Assembly (NCBI GenBank): GCA_002189035.1
Contig: NEEC01000004.1
Span: forward strand, 1-64,000
DNA length: 64,000 nucleotides
From: Utricularia gibba
Lineage: Eukaryota; Plantae; Magnoliophyta
Reading direction: 5' to 3'
The notes beneath the pieces were generated by a model. That model saw nothing but the letters and a program-made list of their open reading frames with translations, had not been told where the DNA came from and did not search any database. The first letter of the stretch is position 1; the number at the start of each line of letters is the position of its first letter. The translations under genes and the position numbers were made by a program. Shown piece by piece: positions 38,560 to 52,543 of the stretch.

Positions 38560-38990
38560 TGTCATCCGCAAGGGAAGCCAATGCCAGAACAGTCCCTTTG
38601 GCCAATCACTCGGCACAACACACAGTTAATAAGTCATAATTAAATTGGATTATCATCTTAATCGATGACTTAAAGGCTAATGAAATCAAAATCCTTCTAA
38701 CTCAGGGCACCGGGGGGCTTTATTAGGGTTTGTTCTTTGTCGTTGATGATGTGGTTTTGGGGGGAAAATCTTGGCGTGGTTTTAGTGGGGAAATATTTTC
38801 GGCCCACTTGTGTGTCTGGAATCTGCTATAGCAAGGATTTCTTTCTTCTGTGAAGCCTTCACCGTTCTCCTTGTCATTCTAGACATCGGAAGTTCTGGGA
38901 CTACAGGCGGGCGTATTTGGGATTGTAGTATGCCGAAATATCACAAAGCAGTGTCTTTTTAGCGGAAGTATTCATAGCATATCCATAAGC

Positions 38991-41782
38991 ATGGAGGGGG
39001 AGAATTCGACAACCGTACTAGGGGCTGAGGAACTGAAACTGCTTGCTAACGAAGCTTTCAGAGGTATTGGGCTGGGGGCATGCGTTTTTCAAACACTGGC
39101 TCAACTTTTTGACGTGTTTGTTTGGTTTCCCAGCGTGTAAATTTTCCCAGGCTGTTGATTTGTATTCACAAGCGATTACGTTGAATGGGGATAATGCTGT
39201 TTACTGGGCTAACCGTGCCTTTGCGCACGCGAAATTGGAAGCCTACGGGAGTGCAGTACAGGACAGTACAAGGGCTATTGAAATTGATCCAAAGTATTCC
39301 AAGGCCAGTGCTTTCGTTCTCGTTTTATAATGGAAGTGATTTCTTGTCTGCTTTTGAGGGTTAAAGTAACGTGGAAGTTTGTTTGTTCGATTTGTGTTTA
39401 TGTGCAGGGCTACTATAGGAGAGGTGCGGCCTATATGTCAATGGGCAAATTTAAGGAAGCCCTCAAGGATTTTCAACAAGTGAGTTTTCATTATCTTTTT
39501 ATAGGCATAATTTGATCTTTTCCGTCTCCAAGGATTTTATCCCAGTTGTAGTCGTTAGTTGCCAATTGGAAAACAAGTCTTGAAGTATGATTATTTAATA
39601 CATGTGAAGAACTAGAGAAAAAAAAAATCTAACTTCTTTCACGATGTCTTTGTCTTTGAGCTGATTGCTACTCTCGTGAACCATAAGTGAAAATGTTTGT
39701 GTTTCTGCTAAATTTTGTGTTTCACATTTCATCATAAGGTGCATAAATTGTGTCCCAATGACCCCGAGGCCATCAAGAAACTGAGGGAATGCCAGAAAGC
39801 AGTGATGAAATTCAAATTTGAAGAAGCTATTTCTGTACCTGAATCAGAGAGGCGTTCTGTTGCCGACTCTATTGATTATCGCACCATAGGTGAATATTCT
39901 TGTTGAGCTGTTTGATTCATCTTACTCATCCAAACTTGTCTAGTAAAATGAGCAACCATTTGTTTATGACCTCTTTGAACTCCAGCGGTTGAATCTCAGT
40001 ATTCTGGCGCAAGAATAGATGGAGAGGTTGTGACACTGGATTTCATTAAGAAGATGATTGATGACTTTAAGAACCAGAAGACCCTGCACAAAAGGTATGT
40101 TTGTGCATAGTTACAAGAGACTTGCATAATCATCTTTCTGGCTGCTGCTTATCCTGTTTCTGAATTGCGGCTGATTGGTGGGTTTTAATTTATTTGTCTT
40201 CAGATATGCCTACCAAATTGTGCTTCAGACAAGAGATTTACTACGAGAAATGCCATCTCTTGTTGATATCAATGTTGGTGATGGGAAGCATTTTACTGTG
40301 TGTGGTGATGTCCATGGTCAGGTAACGTGTATTGTATAATGCCTCTACTGCATTAGGTCAACATCGAAGGACTGATTATTCTTAATGATTCATTTTTCAT
40401 GTTGCAGTTCTATGATTTGCTAAATATTTTTGAACTCAATGGGCTTCCATCAGAAGATAATCCTTATCTATTCAATGGAGACTTTGTGGATAGAGGGTCA
40501 TTCTCTGTAGAGGTCATATTAACATTGTTTGCCTTCAAATGCATGTCCCCATCAGGTGATCAGTGTTTCATGTTAAATATAAGTGGCACAATATTGATTT
40601 ACAGACACTGAAAAGTTCTCAAGATTTCTTATATTTGTTTAACAATTTTTGTTTTTTGGCTCTTACTGGGTGGGAATCCCTGGATCCAACACATTTCACT
40701 ACCAGCAATATACCTAGCTCGAGGGAACCACGAAAGCAAGAGCATGAACAAGATTTATGGTTTTGAAGGCGAGGTCAAGTCCAAGTTGAGTGAAGCATTC
40801 GTAGAACTATTTGCCGAAGTTTTCTGTTGGCTGCCACTCTCTCATGTCATAAACAAGAAAATTTTCGTGGTCCATGGAGGGCTTTTCAGTGTGGATGGTG
40901 TCAAGCTCTCTGATATAAAAGCAATTAATCGCTTTTGTGAACCACCTGAGGAAGGTAAGCTCCATGTGCAGTTTCATAACCCTGTATTTACAGTTGACTT
41001 CACAACTATTCAGGGCCCATCTTCTTCAAGCCACGGATGAAACACTGTTCCCCAGCCTTTGCTTATTCTTACCTTGTTTGTAGGATTGATGTGTGAGCTG
41101 CTGTGGAGTGATCCACAGCCACAGCTCGGGCGGGGTCCCAGCAAGCGTGGAGTGGGTCTTTCTTTTGGCGCAGATGTAACTAAAAAATTTTTGCAGGACA
41201 ACAACCTAGGTTTGTTTCTGCAGTGCATAGTATAGAAGCCTCTCTAGCAGGTATACCATCTCATTCTGCTACGGAATCCTTTTTCAGATTTAGTAGTGCG
41301 GTCCCATGAAGTAAAGGATGAAGGTTATGAAGTTGAACATGATGGCAAACTTATCACCGTGTTTTCTGCTCCAAACTACTGCGATCAGGTAAATGACGCT
41401 TTTCTCAATGAAGCACACCACGCATTTTCTAAGGTAGTGAGAACAATCAGTACAAGTCTTCTTAAAGTGTCCATATTTTCCATAAAGCACAACAATGCTC
41501 ACGTCCTGTGTTGCCTTTTATTTGCATTGTTCTTACCCATGCATGCTTCAGATGGGAAACAAGGGAGCGTTTATACGGTTTGAAGCCCCCGAAATGAAAC
41601 CGAACATCACAACGTTTTCAGCAGTGGTCAGTCTCTTCCTAGCTACACTATTTTATTCAAGCACTCACGAATGATTAGTTGTGTGATCATATGCTTAACC
41701 GGCGTCCTTTGTTTGCTTGCAGCCGCACCCTGATGTGAAACCAATGGCGTACGCAAACAACTTCTTAAGACTCTTCTCATGA
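38991..41782 (+). CDS. PP5: Serine/threonine protein phosphatase 5 (TPR plus PPP domain)
   Basis: [12 protein letters not shown], TPRs [11 protein letters not shown] and [70 protein letters not shown]; ends [11 protein letters not shown]. Confidence 0.97.
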
Positions 41783-42027
41783 CCCCTTCTTACGCCTTGT
41801 TCCTGATTCATTAAACCTGTCACCTTGGAGGTTGCTTTTGCAGCGACGTGTTCAAGTCATTGTTCAACCATTTTCACTCTGGAATTCTTCGACGCGTTTC
41901 TGTTCAAAAATTTTTTTCCAAAGAATTGTTATTCAGCAATGAGATAGTAACCATGCCTCTGAAAAGAGAACCAGTTGAAGAGTATGAGTTTCCTGGGAAT
42001 GAAACCGATGTACGGAAACTGAATGAA

Positions 42028-43991
42028 TCAAAAAAAATCCACTTGCACGAAATCACCACGCGACTGCGTCATCTCGGCGTGCTCCACTTCCTCTGTAAAT
42101 GCTGCCTTGTGTTCAGGTCCGGCTTCGCTCCTGTCGAAGGGATCCGGCACATCCGGTGGTGTGGTGCAGCGTATGAGTGCCCAGTTGTCGTTCTGGAAGA
42201 AAGGGTGCTGCTTTATCTCTGCAGCTCCACGCCTGTAACCCAGCCTATGCTGAGGTTCTTTCACCAGTAAGCCCCTGATCAGGTCTCTTGCGGCGAAGCT
42301 TACCGTGGGGGACTCTGGGAATCGCAGTGGCTGGCCGATGACGTTGAGTAGTGTAGCTCGATTTCCATTCCCACGGAAGGGTGTTAATCCGTACAAGAGC
42401 TCATAAAGAAAGATCCCGAAGGTCCACCAGTCAACAGCACTTCCATGGCCTTCTCCCTTGATGATTTCAGGGGCTAGATACTCATGAGTGCCAACAAAGG
42501 ACATGGATCGAGCATTTGTAGGCTCAGCTATCAGTTCAAGGAGCACGTTGGTTTCGTCTGAGATGTCCATCTTCAGTGGGGGGGCCTGTTTCTTCGGTTT
42601 GCTGAGAAAACGAGAGCTGAAACAAGTTGTCCGGATAACGCGTGATGGATCAACACAGAAGTTAACTGAGCTCTTGGATTCTAGTTTGTGATTTGAAGAC
42701 CGGACCATTGTTGGAATTGAAGCACACCGAAGGGAGAGATCGAAATCTGAAAGCATGATGTGCCCATCTTCTCTCACCAATACGTTTTCCGGTTTAAGAT
42801 CTCTGTAAATGATCCCTAGCATGTGCAGATATTCTAGAGCTAGGAGAACTTCAGCCAAATAGAACCTGGAATATGGAGATGATACAGTCGCACAACAATG
42901 AGCTTAATGATATGATTCCACGGTGAGGTCAAGAGTGTTCCACACATAAATCCCCACAAAAATACGGACGAAAGAGATATGCAATGAAAACGAGACACGC
43001 ATTTAAGGATTTCAGAAAGAATGACGGAGATTTTCCAAGAAACATGAATCTGGTAACGTCTAAATCATAAAGCCTGATATAAATGGCACCTTGGGCAGCA
43101 GCATTAAACAATCAAGCATGTCACGGCATCATTTCACACAAATCAGATGTGATGAGAGAATGTAGCGTATGACCTGGCTGCATGCTCAGGGAAGAACTTG
43201 CCCGGTTGTTTTTGTCTGAGTGAATGAAGGTCGCCACCAGGGCAAAACTCCATTACCAAGAAGGAGTAGTTGCGTGTCTCGAAATGGGTGTACAAGGTGG
43301 GGAGAAAGGGATGATCCAGTGATTGAAGAATCTCTCGTTCTGTCTGAGCTCTGAGAGTCTTCTTTCTTTCCATCAAAACGCATTTGTCCATAACTTTCAC
43401 AGCAAAGAGAGTTCTCGTGCCTATCAATTCTGCAAGATGAACAGTACCTATATCGCCACCACCCAATCTCTTGAAAATCCTGAAATTTTTCAACTCGAAA
43501 ACTCCATTATTCCGTGCTCCAACAGCTCGAATGGCCACCCACCTGGCATCATTTGCTTTATGCGGCTTGTTCATGGAGCTGAAACTGCCATAACTGCTTT
43601 CCTCACTGGCCTCGCTTTCACTACTATCTTCGTATACACTTGTCTTATGGCTTTCCACCAATTCAGAAGAATTTCTAGCGCCAAAAACACCAGTATGTTC
43701 ACTTGTTTCAGAGCTGCTGAAGCTCCGTTTGCTGTCCAAAAACTGTGCAACCGAGTAGAAGCTACCCTGCGGACTAGGACAGAAGCTAGATCCTGATTTA
43801 AATGGGAAAGAAGACACTGTTGAGAATCCCCTATAGCCATACGAATAATCCACTGGTCCATGAATGTACTTCTTACTCCTGGATGCCCCTGTATCCTGCT
43901 TCCCATTGTCTTCTTTATTTTCCAAATGGCTTCTCACTGAAAAAGTCTCTTGAATGCCATTGATTCTTCTATGATCCCTATCCTTATTCAT
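42028..43991 (-). CDS. AGCVIII Ser/Thr kinase (D6PK/AGC1-like), exons 43991-43174 and 42865-42028
   Basis: [41 protein letters not shown]-specific LSDFDLS with insertion, [17 protein letters not shown]-terminal DFF hydrophobic motif. Confidence 0.96.
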
Positions 43992-45107
43992 AGCCGGATT
44001 TGTAAGCAGATGGCGTGGCGGACGACGACTCGTTCTGACAGCCGGCGAAGAACTCTGCTCTATGCAAAAAGCACTACCGCTCGTCATCTTTAAGAAACTG
44101 CAGCCCTTGATCAGCTATTGTGATCCTGTTTCATCGCAAGACACGTGCGAAAAACCCACAGTAGAGCCGTAAAAACCAAGTTAAATCAGATTCCTGAATC
44201 AAGATTTTCAAATTTATAATCAGAAGGTAGAGAAAAGAATCATACAAGGCAATTCATGCATTTCTTGACATGCATCACATTCAAGACGTCCATCTCCATC
44301 AACAACGGACAACAAATACAGAAAAACAAAACCCCAAACAAAAGAAGAATCCAATGAATTACAAAGACGCGGACCTGTATCCAAGGGAAAGGAGAAGAAA
44401 GCTCGCCCAAAACCCAAATAAGTGTTCTACAGAACCTGCATGTAAAGGGAATCGGATCGGAAAGAAACCAACTTTGAATTTGATCGAACGGCGATACAAA
44501 CAGCACTGAGATCGTGCTGGAAGCAGTGACAAATCCCGGAAATATTCAGTTCTGGTAATCAGTGCATACTCTAGAGACAGACAGATGCATAGGTATTTGG
44601 AAAAAGAAGCAGAAAGCGGCGGAAAAGCGGTAACTCCCATTGCCGGTTAGAAAGCTGGAAAAATGGAAACGTGTGCATTGATTGCTTCATTCGCGAGTGA
44701 ATCAAAACGGAAGAAATTTATCTCTTCTTCAGTTTCCTAATCCTTTGGTAATATCCAGATAAAAGATAATCAACAATAATTAATCCCTACAAGACAAACA
44801 CCATTGCTAACAACTGCCGTACTAACACAAAAAACAAGCAGCAAAGCAAAAGAAAAAGGGAAAGAAATCACCATCTTCATCGTATTTGCTGCACCCGCAT
44901 CAATCCTCTGCACAATCAGACGGAAAACTTCGAAAAACTCAATCTTGATCGCTGGAAGAGTGAAGTTTATATTTTTAGCTTCCGAGCTACATTTCTTTTT
45001 TGGCGCCAGTCAAGTATTCAAAGTAGACTTATGCGCCCGGATACGCAAAATGAAGAAATCAGTGAAGGACTAACGGACTTGAGAAAGTACAGTGCATCTT
45101 GAAGCTA

Positions 45108-48100
45108 CTAGTATGTATGTTGAGGATTTATCCTCCTCCTCCTCCAGTGCTGCTTGTAATAAGGAGTATCATCTATAGTCTGCCTGATGTAGTCGATGAA
45201 AGGTGGTGGCGTTCGAGGAGACTGGTCCAGTACTGTTTCAGAGACGCTCTCACGTCGAGGTGTGACAGGTGAAGCAATGACAGGACTGCTGGAAGAAAAG
45301 GCTGGTTCTGATCTTTCTTGCCGATCCAAGTAGTATGCGCCCGCAGCCAATGGTACTATCAACAAAAACAGCATAACCAATACAATGGGCCATGAAATCG
45401 GACTTGCTGCTTCTGCTGCTATCACGTCCTGCTCCTCAGGGTTGTAGCTGACAGTGAACTCAACTCTCTGCCCGGTTGCAGGAAGCGAGAAGATGATCTG
45501 ATCGTTGAATCTCTCATTTCCAATTACGCTGACCTCATACTGCACAAACTTCTTTTCTGCAGAATGCCCCCTGTGGATAGGCCTTACAACAAGGTGAGTC
45601 TTGTTATTCCAGTTGATTTCTAACCCAGAATTACCAACTATGGTTACAAGTCGGTTGGCAGAGTCTCGGGAAAGATTGAAATGTAAAGAATCCATGTCCA
45701 AAATAGAAAAACCTCCAATAAAGAGGGCAGATGCTGAACCAATAATATCATGGTCCCCTTTGAGTGAAGCCTTAATAGAAACTGGAACCTGAGAATTGCT
45801 CCATCTATGTCCTAGATGCTCAGGCGAGTAAGGGAAGAACAAACAATACAGATCACCAGTTTTTTGATCCTTCGAAGGCTTAGCATACCCAAGATCATAT
45901 GGTTCAACTTGACAGTCGAGCAAAGAAGAATGAATGTGGCTTTGATGATCATTGTACTTTACAGTGAAGGTATACCCTTCTGCCGGAAATTTGACATTAG
46001 TGAGTAGTCCTCTTGGAGGATCAACAAGTAGAGTATTACCCTTCAACACGCTCACTGTAGTGTGAAGCTTTAACTTTGGACCCTCGAAGAATATACGCGT
46101 AGAACCTTCGCCTCGGGCTTCAGCTTTTCCAGAAAACATATTCACAAACACAGTACTCGCATTGGCACTGGACCAGTGGCCTGATACTGAATCACCTAAA
46201 CCTTCAATTCTGAAGTCAATGCTAGATCCTTGCCGGATAACTGGATTCTGTGGATATACATGAGGTCCACAAAAAATGACCACAAACACAGCCTTTTCAG
46301 GATTATTTTGAAATCCTACCCTGAGAAGTGCTATCCCTTGGCTTATTGCTCGGATGGTGATAATACTCTCACGAACATCATAGCCCTCAATGGATACTAC
46401 ATCAGGATAGTTGGTTTCCATCTCGAACAGGGTAAGATTACAAGCCTCATGGAAAGGATTTCCAAGGTTGTCATAATATCTAACTAGAAGACTTAGTTCG
46501 TTGCCAATGGCTAGTGAATAATAAGGAAAATCATCTGTCATAATCCTCAGTTGAGACACTTCAGCAACTCTCACGCAAGAAACGACCTCAGTTCTTCCAC
46601 TTGATCTATCCATTCCTTGAATACATGCAAGATTGTTAGGCCCCTTAGTTATAATTTTAGCTCCTTCAATCTGAATATGATCAGCCATTTGGTCTGCCTT
46701 ATTGGCACATTTTTCCAACAAAGAATAAGAAATACCCACGTCACCTTGAGAATCCACTTTTCTGTACGTGTCAGAAGATAATGGTAAAAGCCTCGATGAA
46801 GCGTAGTATGGTGGAAGGACCCAGGTAACAGATGATCCAAGAGCAAGGGGAAGATTCGGAACCACCAAAACTGATACAGATGCAGAGTAGGTCACTGATT
46901 TTGAGGATGAGTCAAAAAATATGTAATTGCAAGAAAAAGAAACTGTAATTTTAGTCCTTCCTGCTGACATTCCATGCACGACTTGAACAAAATTAAGGTC
47001 GCGCCCTTCAAAGGAACTAGTGCGGTTGACTGGTTCCTGAGGCATACCATTAGAATCATGTGCATGAACAAATTTCAAGATATCTTCATCCTCCACAGTC
47101 CACTTGTAACCACCGCACAGCTCATAGAATGAAAACAAATTTCCCTCTGATAGAGAAGCATATATTGGGATTGTTCGACTGACAGCAAGTTTTTCACTCT
47201 GAGAATGTAAACGTGCAGACAAGGGAATTCCCACAGTAATCTTGCCATAGGCTTTGCATAGCACGGCTTCATTATTATCATACACAGTTGCAACTACAGT
47301 GCTGTTTCCAGGCCACATGGCAGAAACTCTTCCTGAAACCTCATGGATTTTAACAGTCTCATCATTTCCACTGGCATATTTGACATGCGAATCAATTTTA
47401 GGACCCCCTTGCACTGTCAGGGAATAGGATGCACCTGGTACCAGGAATATATCACTTGGATGAAGTCTTGCAGGTGCATAAACTTCTACATTTATAGGCT
47501 GGCTCACTATTTGTTGTCCAGAATTTTGGATAGCAAAAAGATAGAGTGTTGTCACCCCAAGGCGTGCAGCCTTTAATGTGAAGTGCGGGGATTGTATATA
47601 TGAACCTTCAACAACTTCTGCTATAGGTTCTTCAAGTTGAACATGAATCTTCATGTAAGTGTACTGTGAAGGGTCAAAGGTACGGCCATCACCAACCCCA
47701 ACTAAAAACTTTATATTCCTAAAACATCCTACTTCAATACTTATGTGATTCCCTGTTGAGACCTTAATCCAGTCTATTTCAGCAACTTGAACTGTAGAAT
47801 GAGCAACAAGAGGAGGTACAAGCCCAACATCTCGAACTGTCACAAATGCAGTACCCAGGCCTTTTGGCACCAACAGTAGATGGAGATGATCGCAAGCTGA
47901 TTTCTGTTGTACTACATCCAACACATGGGAATGATTCACCAAAGTTTCCAAGAAGCAGCTTCCCCCAGTGACAGACATATTTAACATAGCTTCCGGGCTG
48001 AAAAACAATAAGCCAAAATCTGGGTTGACTCTGAGAGAAGAAACAAGCTGTAACTTGATAGAATCTGTTAGAGAATTGACATAGCCTCTGGTGCCCAAAA

Positions 48101-51025
48101 TTGAATCAAAATGTGATGAGGAATTCACGAAGCCATTGACATGAGACCTGACAGTACACACTCCAGACGCATTTTGCAAGATCAAAAATCTTTCCCAGGT
48201 GGAGCGAGAACTGGAGACAGAGGATTCGTCCCAAAATGCCAACCCTTCACATTCATTTAGTTCCCAAGTCAAACTGATAGAAGAAGCATTTGCAAAAGGT
48301 TTTCCAGAATCACTGATGGCAACAGCAGAAACCCGAATTCTACGTCCATTTGCAACATTGAATGGGGTGACACGTTCTCCTCCAAGCGTACGTTCAGCTT
48401 GCACAGCAGATTGTATGACAGAGGGAGCATTCAAAGCTTCATCTGCTATTATAACAACAGAAGATGGAAGCCTGCAGAAAACCTGCAGCATCACTTCTGA
48501 TATTGCCGGCAACATGTGGCCTTCACCCATTAAATTTCCACGCCTGAAAATAAGTTTGAAGGTTCCCAAATTTGCACAGCCTATTCTATATTGCTGCCCA
48601 TTCACAGTTGGCATTTGAAGGATCGAAATTCCCTCTCCTTTAGTAGAAATACTTTCACTTAAAAGGTCTACACTTTCAATGAATTCAATTTCCTTGCCCC
48701 ACCTTTTGGGTCCCCTATGAGGCATTACATCCATGTATGTACCAATAGCTAGATATAAGTAATCCAAAGTTCCCAATTGATTTTCTGATTCACATTTTTC
48801 CCAATCAAACCAATAACCACCAAACTGGTTTCCATCACTTGCCTGGTGCACAATAAGTGGCAGATATGCGGAAATACGAGAGGAGGCTTTTAACAAAATA
48901 GGAATTTGGTGATCAATAGTTAATGTTACATGCAATTGAGCCTGTCCGGAATTTGAAGCATATGCATATGTTCCTGAACAGGGGATACCATATGAATAAG
49001 GCTGAAAGTTTATACGTTCTAGATTATACTGAGAAAGTATTTCTGACGTTGTATTAACTATTCTAAAATGTTCACCCTCAACCCCCCACTTTATCCAAGA
49101 CATAAATGCGCTGCATGCATGGAAACCTACACCATCAGAAGTCTTCAATGTTACCATGGCTTGAAAATGTGACCCAACTGGTGCTTCAACAGGAAAGTTA
49201 GGGAGCATAACCACAGATGCAGGTATAGAAACCTCAACATCTATCTCATTATAATTCAGTGGATCATATATGGATACTGCCTTGACAGTCATCGTTCCAG
49301 GTCTTTTAACCTGAATAATTCCAGTTGCAGAAACAGAAGCGATAGCTATGTCTGAAGCTATCCATTTGTAGTCATCGGGGATATGGCACACCCTCCACTT
49401 ACTTTAAGCTCGAACTCTTGATAAACTCCGGGAATCCAAGGAAGACGGACTTTCTCTTCCTCCAAAATAAATTTAACTCGATCACAAACCATAACTTCGT
49501 GAACAACCTTAAGAACTCCTTTCCATGGATCATGGTCAGTGCTATAACCTAAAGTTGCTGTAAGCTTTCCCAATCCATAGGAGGTAGCCTTCAGGATTCT
49601 TGTATTCTTCTTTGAGGTACCATTACTTAAAGCAGGAAGAATGCTCCAAATAAGTTCATTATTACCAGTAAGCTCTATCTCATCAGCATCAGTCATATAT
49701 ATTTCTTGTCCTAAGCAGTAGACCTTGACTTGAATAAGATATACGCATCCAGCAATGGCATGCCACCGTGATATAGACGAGATAGTCTTCACTCCTTCTA
49801 TCTGATCACCACGAGGAGACAACGGCGTCAAAAATAACACCAAATTGTCAGGCAAGACAACATGTAGTGATGAGGCTTGCACATGCCCCATGACTCTGGT
49901 ATCTTCCACAACAACTGTTGTTTCCCCTAGTCCCACTGCACGAACGGTACCAACTGATTGGTCCACCAAGGCAACTGAAGAGTTCGAGACAGACCACTCA
50001 TGGGAAGGAGATGGTAAACTTACAACATAAGGCTTATTGGCACGAATCACATTGAGAGTATAGTCAAAAACAGCACCGATAAGGACATATATTGGTGATG
50101 GAGGATTCAAAGACATAGCTTCAGCAACTGTCAACACAATCTTGTCAGCCAATTTCTCATATGAATGCTCAAGCAAACTCACCGAAACAATCTCATGACC
50201 AATTTGAGTGCCTTTCACAACAAACAAATCCGAAAACACCCCACTTTCTTCAAGTTTAGCCTGTATATCGAAATCGCCACATAAGCCACCAAAATCACTC
50301 AACGGAGAGTCTTTTAGCGGCACATGGACAAGGCTATGTGGTGTTTCAGAGGCCTCCGGCATCAACTGCCACATAAATCTCACACCCACCAAAGAGGAAA
50401 AAATATTATCTGCATTATAGTCAGAGTATCAGGTAAATAATGTTGAAGGTTCCAAATTTCAATAATATCCTCACAACTCTTGGAACGAAATTACCCTCAT
50501 TATCGAAAGCACGGACGCGGAGTGTAGCCAGTCCATCGAGGTCAAGTTTAACCGAGTTGTGGAAAATCTGTATCCTGGATATCTTATCTATGTAAACCTT
50601 GCAACGAATCACCATCCCCGTGTTCAAATCCCTTGCATAAACAGCAGTCTCCCTCCGCCCCTCGTAAGCAGCAATCGACTTCAACCGAGCACTCGTCGAA
50701 CAAAGTTCAACTTCACTCGTATTATACTCCGGCACCACTGACAACACATCATGATGGTCCCAAGTCCTGCATAGCAACAACAACAACGACGACGAACATA
50801 AACCCACAACCCAAAACTAAAAGAAACCAAAACAAAACAAAAAAAACCGCACCACTTGAAGCAGCCGTCGCTACCCTGAAGTCTAAACTCAACGGGATGC
50901 GTCATTTTAGGAGGTAGGAGTATGTTGACGTCAGCGACATGGGGACCGGAACTGATAAACGAGTAAGCCGGCGGAAGTGGCAGAAGGAGAAGAAAAAACA
51001 GGAGTAACGGAGAGTAGAACAACAT
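45108..51025 (-). CDS. NUP210: Nuclear pore glycoprotein GP210/NUP210, about 1915 aa, only 3 exons (51025-50853, 50766-50495, 50409-45108); one apparent -1 frameshift at 49377-49380
   Basis: Signal peptide; GPHVADVNILLPPKMTHPVEFRLQGSDGCFKW|TWDHHD; Ig-like repeats; C-terminal TM WPIVLVMLFLLIVPLAAGAYYL; tail SPRTPPPFIDYIRQTIDDTPYY. Confidence 0.95.
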
Positions 51026-51169
51026 TGTTCTCTGAGCTTTCAGGTGAAAATCGAGCAGCATTAGAGAACCATTACGGAAACATGGCGGAATCGCAGAAGG
51101 AACCAGATGCCTTTTGTGTTGGAATAGAAAAGGAAATTGAATTTTCATCCAAAACCAAGTCGCACCTTT

Positions 51170-51480
51170 GAGCCTGGCCCAAACCCCTCTACTCTAAGCT
51201 GTCTCATAAGCCTCCATGATAGAAAGCCCAATATTAAAATATTATTTTTATTTTAAAAAGTAGAAGTATAAATACCTCAAGTCTAATCGAAAACCGTACT
51301 GCACTTGGGCCTGGAGGAAGGAGGCTACGGGCTCCGTGACAACATTAAGGAGAAAAGGGCCGGCTCAGGCCCATCAGAAATAAATAAGTATTTATTTATT
51401 ACAGAAAAAGTTAAAACAACAACATAGGATTCCTTTCCACCCCAGTCCAGATTTGGCCATTGGATTCGGCCACGACCCAT
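51170..51480. promoter_or_regulatory. Site II (TGGGCY/GGCCCA) cluster in the NUP210 promoter
   Basis: TGGCCCA near 51175, AGCCCAA near 51226, TGGGCC near 51306, GGCCCA near 51369. Confidence 0.5.
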
Positions 51481-52543
51481 TTAATAATTAAAAAAAGAAA
51501 AAAATCAAGTTTAATATTCCACAGCCTCTTCGACTCCAATTTTTAATAATAAAAAACCGAGTATTTATGCAATACCCATACATTTTCGCACTAGTTAAAA
51601 TCCTAAAATCCAAAAAAGAAAGAAAGAAAAGAAAGAAGATTAATGGTAACTGCATTCACCAGGGGTTCCACTTCCACGCCCAATCACGAGACACAAATTC
51701 AGAACCCTAACTTCCGTACGCCCTGACTCCCTTGACTTTTGTTCAAACCCCACATTTAAAAATCTTCTTACATTCATTCAATGCAGGGCTTCAATTTTAT
51801 ATTATATTATTTATTGGTCTTATCGCCATTTGGTTCGGTTCCGTTGCGCCCACGTTCTGGATTATTTCTTTTTTTATTTATTTAATTGCATTTCGGATAA
51901 TAAAAATAATAATTGTTAAAATTCGTACCCCGATCACAGACAAGGAGCGGTGGCATTTGGACTGGGAATATTCATTATTTTAGTTTGTCCTGGTGCGAGA
52001 ATCCAATGCAGCGCGTAAACCTGTCCACCTCATCATCCAATAACCATCACGTGATTCATACCTCGATGGCTTTCCCCTACCTTGTACATACCACCGCATC
52101 AACTTCCAATTTCAGACCGGAGATGTTTCTTTCAATATCGAAATATTTCTAATTATCAGAATAAAAATAATTGACTGTATTGTTTGTTAGTTTTTTCAAC
52201 TCAACAGGGGAGAGAGTGTTTTTTCGGACCAGAAATGAAATGCCTCAGGGCTGCTTTCAACCCCACTTTTGTTGGGTTTTCTTGTTAAAACAAGCTTTTA
52301 GGCCTGTAACCAGAGATGGAGTCAGCAACTTAGCATGCTGATCGAACCAGAGGCGGAGGGAGAAGAGAAGGATATGTAGTAGTAGAAGATTGATAAGCTA
52401 CTGGATACAGATACACTCTGACTTTGTTTTTACAGGCTAATGTCGCCGCGGCTGCGGAACCGAGACTGCAGAACTAAAACAAACGCAGAGCAGAACAAAA
52501 ACAGAACTACAAGGAAGAAGAGTGCAAAAACTTCAAACTCCGG

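Noticed and set aside
37621-38643. Long antisense ORFs (340 aa here; also 28991-29656, 4135-4737, 52593-53201)
   Set aside because: Shadow ORFs opposite real exons with biased codon composition; no recognisable domains.
49397-49402. GTAAGT donor as an intron explaining the NUP210 frame switch
   Set aside because: The bases encode the conserved KVSGGCA, there is no acceptor nearby, and a 1-nt homopolymer fix suffices.
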